Virus record (IMG/VR): IMGVR_UViG_2802429248_000011
Location: 1 to 19,329 of that record
From: a virus
Lineage: Duplodnaviria > Heunggongvirae > Uroviricota > Caudoviricetes
Length of the DNA: 19,329 nucleotides
Reading direction: 5' to 3' (one strand)
Positions within the stretch are counted from its first letter, which is position 1, and every line of letters starts with the position of its first letter. Shown one piece after another: positions 1 through 6,403 of the stretch. Below the pieces are notes generated by a model. It was not told where the DNA came from, did no database searches, and worked only from the letters and a program-made list of their open reading frames with translations. Both the position numbers and the translations under genes were made by a program.

Positions 1-462
1 ATCCCGTTTCAGGAAATCAACATGTCGGTTTTCCAGTTCCGGAAAACGCCGCTGTACCGAGAGAGGGATCCCGTCAAGAATACTGGCAATTTCACCTGCG
101 ATCCGTGACAGCACGAAAGTACAGAATGCGGTTTCCACCACTTCTGCGGAGTCTCTGGCATTCTTCAGCTCCTGGGCGTCAGCCTGCGCACGCGTAAGTC
201 GATGGCGTTCGTACTCAATAGTCCCAGGCTGGAGATCTGCCTCGCTGGCAGCCCTGTAATCCTCAACCTCTTTACGGAGTTTTTCATTTTCGATATCAGC
301 TTCCCTCTGCGCATACCACTGAATTGCCATGGCGGTATCAAATACAGATTCAACGCCCTTACCACCTCCGGAGACGCAAGGGAGTCCCTGAGACTGCCAG
401 CGTTCAATCGTTCGCGGATCCACGTTGAAAATTTCGGCAAGTTTCTTTTTATTAACCTTCAT
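1..462 (-). CDS. nu1: Terminase small subunit (Nu1-type); N-terminal 154 codons, 3' end runs off the window
   Basis: It is missing from the ORF track because no stop falls inside the window. My minus-strand translation from the ATG at 462-460 stays open to position 1: [154 protein letters not shown]. From about residue 55 onward it matches lambda Nu1 as I remember it. The N-terminal winged-HTH part differs. It lies directly beside cos. Confidence 0.93.
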   Translation of the reverse strand, partial: MKVNKKKLAEIFNVDPRTIERWQSQGLPCVSGGGKGVESVFDTAMAIQWYAQREADIENEKLRKEVEDYRAASEADLQPGTIEYERHRLTRAQADAQELKNARDSAEVVETAFCTFVLSRIAGEIASILDGIPLSVQRRFPELENRHVDFLKRD

Positions 463-486
463 GAAACAGTCTCACAATAAATACAG

Positions 487-600
487 GGTCCGACATGAAA
501 GTGCCCGAAAATGACTTTTTTAGGCGTTTTCATGTCGGACCTTTTACGGATTCGATATTAGAAAAAACAGATAGTTATGTTCGAGAAGTACCGACATGAT
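487..600. repeat. cosB-like terminase-binding repeats (three R-type sites)
   Basis: ggtccgacatgaaa (487-500) and its perfect inverted copy tttcatgtcggacc (528-541) flank an A/T-rich spacer. A third copy in the same direction as the first, accgacatga, lies at 590-599. The R3-spacer-R2-R1 arrangement between cosN and the Nu1 start mirrors lambda cosB, but the repeat sequence is not the lambda one. Confidence 0.7.
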
Positions 601-638
601 TTTCCCCGGAAAATTTTCATAAATAGCGAAAACCCGCG

Positions 639-650
639 AGGTCGCCGCCC
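639..650 (-). other. cosN, 12-nt cohesive-end sequence (GGGCGGCGACCT on the minus strand)
   Basis: The plus strand reads aggtcgccgccc. On the minus strand the context is ...gcgggtcctttccggcgatccgacaggttacg|GGGCGGCGACCT|cgcgggttttcgctatttatgaaaattttcc. This matches the lambda right-end/left-end junction from memory. Confidence 0.9.
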
Positions 651-922
651 CGTAACCTGTCGGATCGCCGGAAAGGACCCGCAGGCGTTCTGGTTTATTC
701 GCAATGAATTCAATATCTGACAGACCTGAATACACGTCCTGTTTCTTCCACCCCCGCACAGGACTGGCGAGCATGAGGGACAAACCCGCGCACCATAAAC
801 GCGGTAAAAACCCGGTGTGCATCGTTTTTGATTATTCCCGCACACTCACGCAGAAGGAATTCCCCGTCGGGCTACGGTCATGGTTAATGCGGGAATACAG
901 CGACGATACTGCGCATGATGTG

Positions 923-1472
923 TCAGACTTGAATACCCTTATCGAATCCCGGTAATAAAAACTGTCCCTGTCTCTCCAGGCGTTTCAGCTTTGCAAGCAA
1001 TTGAGGTTTTTTCGTTCTTCCCCAGCGATTGAGCAGCCGGCCAGACATACTGGCGACATCCTTCTCTTTCATATACTCCAGCATTATGGCGTTGCGTTCT
1101 GCTTCATAACTTTCGCTGTACTTACGGAGTTCTGCTGACATCCAGTTAAAGGCATTTATATAGGCCTCTTTAACGGCGTCGGCTTTTGCGCCATTAAATC
1201 CCATGACCAGCATAACGAAGCCACTAAAGTCCATGCGGTAGTAAATCTGTTTCTTGTCGAAAATCCCTAATTCATTGATTTTTTTCGGCAACGCAAAAAT
1301 GCGCGCTCCGGAAATCTTCAGAGCAATGACAATTTTTCAGCGCCCTCAATACGTCCGCGTGACGCTTACCAAAAGCCTTTGCGATCTGGAAGGTGTCAGT
1401 TACCGGTTGACCTTCTGCTGCGGTAACTAACTGGCGAAAGTCAAAGTCATGATTCACAATTAATTCATTCAT
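923..1472 (-). pseudogene. Rha-family phage regulatory protein, split by a frameshift at an A7 run
   Basis: The N-terminal part runs from the ATG at 1472 to the TGA at 1274-1272: MNELIVNHDFDFRQLVTAAEGQPVTDTFQIAKAFGKRHADVLRALKN...HFCVAEKNQ*. The Rha-like continuation is in the neighbouring frame (923..1291): ..KKINELGIFDKKQIYYRMDFSGFVMLVMGFNGAKADAVKEAYINAFNWM... The junction sits on a 7-nt homopolymer at 1279-1285. Removing one A gives a single ORF of about 182 codons. Confidence 0.7.
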
Positions 1473-1622
1473 GGCGTTACCTGCTACTTCGAAATGAACC
1501 TTTGCCGCACAGGAAACCAGCCCACCGAGGCTCGCCAGCACTAACTGGTATCCTCAAAGGCCCATTCCAAAGGGTCAGGTTCGGTGGTTATTGTGCGCTG
1601 CGGTGCGCGGTGAAATACCTAT

Positions 1623-1648
1623 ACAAAAACGCCCCGCATCTGCGAGGC
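1623..1648 (-). terminator. Putative intrinsic terminator downstream of Rz
   Basis: The minus strand reads gcctcgc-agat-gcggggc followed by gtttttgt. The stem is 7 bp with one mismatch. Confidence 0.45.
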
Positions 1649-1690
1649 ATTTTCCTGAAAGTCACTTGTTAAATTTCAGTGAAATTAAAA

Positions 1691-2128
1691 TTATTTTAAG
1701 CACTGCGTCCTAATGTACTCCTGCAAGTAGTTAACCTGCGCGGTTATCCTGTCGATTCCACTTCGGAGACGGTAATAATTGAGTTCAGCATCTGCTGTAA
1801 GTCTTGGGCTTTCTCCATCGCCCATGCCGCTGGCTCCGGTCTTTGACTTTGCACAGGAGGCGGCGACTTGCAGCCGCTTACGCCCAGCAGAAACATCATC
1901 ACGGAGACTTTCGATAGTCGCGTTAGCATCAGCAAGCTCCTTTGTATATCTGGCATCGAGTTCTGCTACATCACGTTGACGCTTCTGCATATCAGCGATG
2001 ATGGATGTGGCTTTATCGCGCTGGTCTTTGTAGGCGATGGCGTTATCACGGTAATGATTAACAGCCCATGACAGGCAGACGATGATGCAGATAACCAGAG
2101 CGGAGATAATCGCGGTTACTCTGTTCAT
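1691..2128 (-). CDS. Rz: Rz, i-spanin (inner-membrane spanin subunit)
   Basis: The start [31 protein letters not shown]... is almost identical to the lambda Rz N-terminus from memory. The ATG at 2128 overlaps the endolysin TAA (TAATG). It is the last gene of the S-R-Rz cassette. Confidence 0.9.
   Translation of the reverse strand: MNRVTAIISALVICIIVCLSWAVNHYRDNAIAYKDQRDKATSIIADMQKRQRDVAELDARYTKELADANATIESLRDDVSAGRKRLQVAASCAKSKTGASGMGDGESPRLTADAELNYYRLRSGIDRITAQVNYLQEYIRTQCLK
1744..1929 (-). CDS. Rz1: Rz1, o-spanin lipoprotein embedded out of frame inside Rz
   Basis: [20 protein letters not shown]|[16 protein letters not shown]... has a 19-aa signal peptide and lipobox Cys20, followed by a Pro-rich mature part. 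An AAGGAG SD lies 7 nt upstream of the ATG at 1929. The embedded architecture matches lambda Rz/Rz1. Confidence 0.85.
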   Translation of the reverse strand: MLTRLSKVSVMMFLLGVSGCKSPPPVQSQRPEPAAWAMEKAQDLQQMLNSIITVSEVESTG

Positions 2129-2622
2129 TACTGACCCCACAAACAGATTTCACGCTCAATCTCACGACGAGTCATGAGACCTTTCCATTGCTTACCGCCA
2201 GCATATGTCCAGCGACGTAGCTGATCACATGCGCCTTTGATATCGCCCTGGTTTATTTTGCGAAGAAGCGTCGATGTTCTGAAATTGCCAGCACCCACGT
2301 TGTAAACGAATGAGTAAAGAGCGCCGCGCGTTGTTTCCGGTATATCGACTTTGATGTACGGGTTAATTTGTCTGGCGACAGTGGCAAGGTCTTTATTCAA
2401 GAGTGCTTTGCATTCTGCTTTGGTATACGTTTTACCGAGCATGATGTCTTTTCCTGTATGCCCGTGACATACAGTCCATACACCAACAATATCTTTGTAT
2501 GGTATGTAGCTGACACCTTCCAGACCATCGTTACCACTTGGGCCAGTGATTAACACTGATGCTATAGCAATTGCTCCGCCACCAATAGCAGCAACAACGG
2601 CTTTTCGTAATGATGGAGGCAT
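2128..2622 (-). CDS. R: SAR endolysin (phage 21 R / RrrD-type lysozyme)
   Basis: [27 protein letters not shown] is a Gly/Ala-rich SAR segment. It is followed by [23 protein letters not shown], the E-D-T lysozyme motif. The sequence is close to K-12 RrrD/YdfQ as I remember it. Confidence 0.93.
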   Translation of the reverse strand: MPPSLRKAVVAAIGGGAIAIASVLITGPSGNDGLEGVSYIPYKDIVGVWTVCHGHTGKDIMLGKTYTKAECKALLNKDLATVARQINPYIKVDIPETTRGALYSFVYNVGAGNFRTSTLLRKINQGDIKGACDQLRRWTYAGGKQWKGLMTRREIEREICLWGQ

Positions 2623-2837
2623 TATTCACCTCTCGCAGCCTTACGCCTGTCTTCTTTAATCTTGAAATAAAGATTTGTCAGATACGTCAGCAGGCCAAAA
2701 ACCAGGCTACCCAGCACACCGATTGCAGCCCACTGTGACGGAGTTACTTTATCGAGTAACTGCAATGCCCAGAAACCAGCATTACCCGCCGATGTGCCAT
2801 AGGCAACACCTGTTGTTAACTTATCCATTGATTTCAT
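2622..2837 (-). CDS. S: Class II (pin)holin, S21 / EssD/EssQ type, with dual-start motif
   Basis: [26 protein letters not shown]...[19 protein letters not shown] has two Met codons (M1, M4), two TM segments and a charged C-terminus. A GGTGAGGA SD is present. The stop overlaps the start of R. Confidence 0.92.
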   Translation of the reverse strand: MKSMDKLTTGVAYGTSAGNAGFWALQLLDKVTPSQWAAIGVLGSLVFGLLTYLTNLYFKIKEDRRKAARGE

Positions 2838-3056
2838 ATCCTCACCCCGATGTACACGGATGGTGCAATATGTTTGAAAATATCGGAGTCTACGGGGTAG
2901 TTTTTACAGCACACGTTGTTCTCAACGGCGCTAAAAAAACATACACATTAAAAATGTGGTTAATTATTTTGAAAGAAAATCATATATTAATTAATAATAC
3001 GAGAAATGTTTTCATATTTAGTGTACTGTATACGGCCATTTATACAGGAAAAGCCT

Positions 3057-3227
3057 ATGTCAGAACGTAAAGACTCAAAATCACGCCGTAATTATCTCGT
3101 TAAATGTTCCTGCCCAAACTGCACCCAAGAGTCAGAACACAGTTTTTCAAGAGTACAAAAAGGTGCCCTTTTGATCTGCCCTCATTGCAACAAAGTATTC
3201 CAGACAAATCTTAAAGCTGTAGCCTGA
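3057..3227 (+). CDS. 56-aa zinc-ribbon miniprotein (YnfU-like)
   Basis: MSERKDSKSRRNYLVKCSCPNCTQESEHSFSRVQKGALLICPHCNKVFQTNLKAVA contains CxC-x2-C ... CPHC. An AGGAAA SD lies upstream of the internal ATG at 3057. The upstream 17 codons of the tracked ORF look noncoding. The resemblance to Qin YnfU is from memory only. Confidence 0.65.
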   Translation: MSERKDSKSRRNYLVKCSCPNCTQESEHSFSRVQKGALLICPHCNKVFQTNLKAVA

Positions 3228-3286
3228 TTGATTTTATTCGCAACAAGTATTTTTTATATTTTAATAATATATTTAAAGCAGATAAT

Positions 3287-3312
3287 AAAAAACCCGCCTG
3301 AGCGGGTTTAAT
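3287..3312. terminator. Bidirectional intrinsic terminator
   Basis: aaaaaacccgc-ctga-gcgggttta. On the minus strand the stem is followed by ttttttatt (strong). On the plus strand it is followed by tttaatatt (weaker). Confidence 0.7.
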
Positions 3313-3590
3313 ATTGTGGTGCTTTTTGTGAGAGTCATCCACTTACGCACTTTGTTTTGCTATGCCAGCAGTTAGCTTCTGCTGTAAAACTATTCATGCA
3401 GCAAACCTGCACTTCACCACAATGGTTAGCATACTTTTCCTGATTAAGTTATTACCAAATATGCTGGCCATTGTTTCATGTATTGGACCGCCTTACTCTT
3501 TATTAAAGAGATCCAATATTCACCACTCTGTCTGTATCTCCACTCAGGCATCAGCCTTCTTCGTTATCGTATACAGACAAACTATGAATT

Positions 3591-3806
3591 TTAATCATTA
3601 ATGATGACATTTGCTGCTGCAGGACCTTTAGCACCACTCTCTACAGAGAAGGTAACCTTTTGACCTTCAAATAAGGTTCGATAATTATCATTCTGAATCG
3701 CAGAAAAATGCACAAACACATCTTTACTACCATCAACAGGAGAAATAAAGCCGAAACCTTTATCAGCGTTAAACCATTTTACTAAACCAGTCATTTTATT
3801 TGACAT
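3591..3806 (-). CDS. cspB: Cold-shock protein CspB
   Basis: [71 protein letters not shown] carries the RNP1/RNP2 motifs and is near-identical to K-12 CspB from memory. Confidence 0.95.
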   Translation of the reverse strand: MSNKMTGLVKWFNADKGFGFISPVDGSKDVFVHFSAIQNDNYRTLFEGQKVTFSVESGAKGPAAANVIIND

Positions 3807-4002
3807 TCTACATTCCTTAACTTGAGCCTTTCGGCATAAATGGTTTGTATAACAGAAACGACTTCGTACTTAATTGGAGAGACTCAAAGAAGGAATAAGT
3901 GAATAACACCTGAAATGAGAACTGCTTTAGTAAACTACTTCGTATATCGTCTGTTCTTCAAACCGACGCAATCATTAACGCATAGTTGAACATATGAAGC
4001 AA
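3807..4002 (-). promoter_or_regulatory. cspB promoter and long cspA-type 5' UTR with cold box
   Basis: The minus strand reads TTGCTT (4002-3997), 17 nt, GTTAAT (3979-3974), then cggtttgaagaacagacgat (3965-3946). This parallels the cspA cold box cggtttgacgtacagac. The gccgaaaggc element lies near the SD. The leader is about 160 nt. Confidence 0.6.
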
Positions 4003-4105
4003 TGTTTATTTTAGACATCCAGCCATCTTCAACCCCATCAAAAAACTATAGCTTTCTTCAGGAACGTGTGTATAGTGCGCCAAGTTATCAGTATTAAGGA
4101 ATTTT

Positions 4106-4318
4106 TTGTCCCGTAAAATGACAGGAATTGTCAAAACCTTTGACTACAAAAGCGGCAAAGGTCTTATCATACCATCCGATGGCCGTATCGATGTCCAGCT
4201 GCACGTTTCTGCTCTCAATCTCCGCGATGCAGAAGAAATTACCACAGGATTACGCGTGGAATTTTGCCGAATCAATGGTCTACGTGGACCTTCAGCTGCC
4301 AATGTTTATCTTTCATGA
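4106..4318 (+). CDS. cspF: CspF/CspH-family cold-shock-domain protein (TTG start)
   Basis: [80 protein letters not shown] lies 5 nt upstream of the TTG. It is divergent from cspB, as in Qin. I cannot tell cspF from cspH without an alignment. Confidence 0.85.
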   Translation: MSRKMTGIVKTFDYKSGKGLIIPSDGRIDVQLHVSALNLRDAEEITTGLRVEFCRINGLRGPSAANVYLS

Positions 4319-4372
4319 GCTATATTAAAGCTTTTACTTTAAGCCCCATCGGATCACACATGGAGAGTTTTT

Positions 4373-4462
4373 ATGAATAACCCCGTCTGCCTTGATGACT
4401 GGTTGATTGGCTTTAAAAGCTTATGCTGTACTTTGGCCGTAATAGCTCTGCTAATAATATAA
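4373..4462 (+). CDS. Possible 29-aa hydrophobic peptide
   Basis: A GGAGAG SD lies 5 nt upstream of the ATG. The product is [29 protein letters not shown], with a C-terminal TM-like stretch. It is below the ORF-track cutoff and I translated it myself. Confidence 0.3.
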
Positions 4463-4610
4463 TAAGCAGACTCATTGTGTTTAGGGACATTGTACTGGAA
4501 GAAAACATTTTAAACATCAGGCAAATAACTAAGTCACCAGCTAAATAATAAGTTAACAGACATGGGTCCCGGGATGAGGTTCAACATCACCATTGCCCCA
4601 TTTAAAGCAC

Positions 4611-4645
4611 AAAACCCGCTCATCAGCGGGTTTTCTAATTTCTTT
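4611..4645. terminator. Intrinsic terminator (bidirectional)
   Basis: aaaacccgct-catc-agcgggtttt is followed by ctaatttcttt on the plus strand. The minus-strand reading is followed by ttttgtgcttt. Confidence 0.65.
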
Positions 4646-5089
4646 CTAAACATCAGATATACAAAGCCCATCATTGAGGGAATCTTATCCATATTTTTTG
4701 AAAAATGCAAGCATCACGTTGCCATCTTCATTGAAAAACCTTTATCGTGTTACTTTTATCAATTGCACTTCAGCATAGAGTTATCCCAGGCAGCACTTTA
4801 AAGACTTCTACATTACACACACCTTGTCTCCCCTTCTCGTCATATCTGCAAGACCGATATGCATGACGCAGTACATACGCTGAACTGCTTTATCCATCAG
4901 CATATTCTAGTGCTAAAGCGACTTCAGTAGCAGAAGCAAAATTCTGCTACTGTGCCAAACAGGAGTAAACGTCATTTTATGTAATGTTGATTGAGTGGTC
5001 ATAGTATCACCTCAATAACAGCTCTTCGCCCTATCATTGAAAGCATATCTGCTATAATTAAAAAGCCACTTAACATCAGGACTTCAAAC

Positions 5090-5275
5090 ATGACTTCAAA
5101 TCAATCTGAAAACGAAATAGTTAATACTGTCAAAAAATATGCATCATGTGCTGACGATGCTTTGCAGGCAGGCAAAGAAAACGTTAAAGATAAATTTAGA
5201 AATTATCCACTGACTAGCGTGGTGGTCGCTCTAAGCATAGGGTTAACGCTTGGTTTTATTATTGGCAGAAAATAA
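5090..5275 (+). CDS. Short DUF883 (ElaB/YqjD/YgaM-like) tail-anchored membrane protein, 61 aa
   Basis: MTSNQSENEIVNTVKKYASCADDALQAGKENVKDKFRNYPLTSVVVALSIGLTLGFIIGRK. The C-terminal ..NP-x4-V-x-ALSIGLTLGFIIGRK resembles the DUF883 membrane anchor. An extended -10 TGcTATAAT lies at 5050-5058, and an AGGA SD lies 8 nt upstream of the ATG at 5090. Confidence 0.65.
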   Translation: MTSNQSENEIVNTVKKYASCADDALQAGKENVKDKFRNYPLTSVVVALSIGLTLGFIIGRK

Positions 5276-5332
5276 TCTTAAGCCTCCCATAAGTCGTACA
5301 CAATCACATCTACCAATTAATGTTCCATTAGT

Positions 5333-5360
5333 AAAAAACCACCTCCTGTGGAGGTGGTTT
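5333..5360 (-). terminator. Strong intrinsic terminator (minus strand; weak on plus)
   Basis: ccacctcc-tgt-ggaggtgg is a perfect 8-bp GC-rich stem (5339-5357) with A/T extension. The minus-strand reading is followed by tttttt. Confidence 0.75.
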
Positions 5361-5411
5361 AAGGATAGCAACAAAACACAACCTACTTTAAACGGCTATA
5401 TTCTGCTATAT

Positions 5412-5531
5412 CTAAATAATAGGTTCTCTTTTATCATCCGGTGAAAAAGGGTTCAATGGTTGCCCCTCATCAGGACGCTCAACGGGCTCATCATCAGGCT
5501 TACGGTCATCAAAATCTGGATGTTCTGACAT
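5412..5531 (-). CDS. Possible 39-aa acidic, Pro-rich micro-protein
   Basis: My translation is MSEHPDFDDRKPDDEPVERPDEGQPLNPFSPDDKREPII. An AGGGTGG SD-like element lies upstream. The ORF ends 52 nt before the 5333-5360 terminator. Confidence 0.35.
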   Translation of the reverse strand: MSEHPDFDDRKPDDEPVERPDEGQPLNPFSPDDKREPII

Positions 5532-5566
5532 ATTCCACCCTAGTATTTTTATGCAGGAAAGATTAT

Positions 5567-5674
5567 TTACTCTTTCCGGTTGTCTTTTTTATTATCCTTA
5601 CCCTTACTATCCTCATTGTTTTTATTCCTGTCATGAGATTTTTCATTTGAATCACTTACATATAATGTATTCAT
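5567..5674 (-). CDS. Possible 35-aa highly charged micro-protein
   Basis: My translation is MNTLYVSDSNEKSHDRNKNNEDSKGKDNKKDNRKE. A GGAG SD lies 5 nt upstream of the ATG at 5674. It sits just upstream of the 39-aa ORF on the same strand. Confidence 0.3.
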   Translation of the reverse strand: MNTLYVSDSNEKSHDRNKNNEDSKGKDNKKDNRKE

Positions 5675-6051
5675 GGGGACTCCAGTTTTTTAACAGCACA
5701 ATGCTGTATCTGTAATTATAGATGCAATTAATCATTATGGTATGTATGTTTCATGCACAAATCAGAAACGCATCTAGTGCTTTAATTAATATGGATTTTA
5801 TTGCTGTAGATTTACAAAAATTTTCATAATTAACCAGCAATATAAGACAAATATCTCATAACATGAGGGAAATCAAGCTCATTTAAAGCAATTTATAATT
5901 TTCATCCTACTATTTTCCCTACACTGCCAACACCAGTTTCGTCGCAACACTCTGACAAGACACCTATAAAATCAGTTTCGTTATCACCTTAATTTTCTTC
6001 ATGGGTAACAAACCGGTAATACATCGATAGCCTGATTGATGCACGTTACTG

Positions 6052-6153
6052 TTACCTCTTCCCTGCATCAGGATGGCTTCCCAAGATGATATGGTTAATC
6101 ACACTGGAACATTCACGCATAACCGTTTCCTTCATATCCTGCCGTTTTAGCAT
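6052..6153 (-). CDS. Possible 33-aa ORF in the Q-downstream leader
   Basis: A GAAGGGGA SD lies 6 nt upstream of the ATG at 6153. The product is MLKRQDMKETVMRECSSVINHIILGSHPDAGKR. There is no other support. Confidence 0.2.
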   Translation of the reverse strand: MLKRQDMKETVMRECSSVINHIILGSHPDAGKR

Positions 6154-6403
6154 GTCTTTTCCCCTTCTTGTTAATATCAATGACTAACACAAATCTAAAA
6201 AAGCCAGCAATGTAAAAAAACTGCATTCACGGCAACCAGAATGGTTACCGTTCTGCACAAAGTTTATGTCCACAAAAAAACCACTCTGCGCGGCTTATTG
6301 ATATTTTCCACCGGTATGCATATAAGGCTCATCATTGGAAAACTCTTTGCACGTTTCCTTAGAAAATACAATCGTTATGTCGCCATCGTTCGGTGAAAAT
6401 CTT

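Noticed and set aside
165-480. Tracked ORFs 165..440 (-) and 202..480 (+)
   Set aside because: Both are alternative-frame or antisense shadows of the Nu1 gene. Nu1 reads cleanly in the third minus frame from 462 to the window edge.
544-955. Tracked ORFs 544..822 (-), 558..845 (-) and 704..955 (+)
   Set aside because: The two minus ORFs run straight through cosB and cosN, which is a DNA end in the virion. They have no SD and an odd composition. The plus ORF has no SD and lies in the cos-flanking sequence. I cannot fully exclude a small gene at 704..955, but nothing supports one.
2675-3070. 131-aa plus-strand ORF
   Set aside because: It is antisense to the holin gene for half its length. The rest crosses an AT-rich intergenic region. 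There is no SD.
3362-3601. 79-aa plus-strand ORF downstream of cspB
   Set aside because: It has no SD and overlaps the cspB stop region. Its hydrophobic, low-complexity translation is typical of AT-rich noncoding DNA. A 15-bp perfect palindrome, ctctttattaaagag (3495-3509), lies inside it, but I have no functional context for it.
4562-4801. 79-aa plus-strand ORF
   Set aside because: It reads through the 4611-4645 terminator hairpin and has no SD.
5441-5650. 69-aa plus-strand ORF
   Set aside because: It is the mirror image of the two SD-preceded minus-strand micro-ORFs. It runs away from the terminator orientation that fits the locus. It starts with a non-ATG codon and has no SD.
6200-6403. 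Attempt to place the late promoter PR', qut and tR' downstream of Q
   Set aside because: I found T-runs on the minus strand (around 6262-6268 and 6210-6225). I found no convincing -35/-10 pair or stable hairpin, so I left this unannotated rather than guess.
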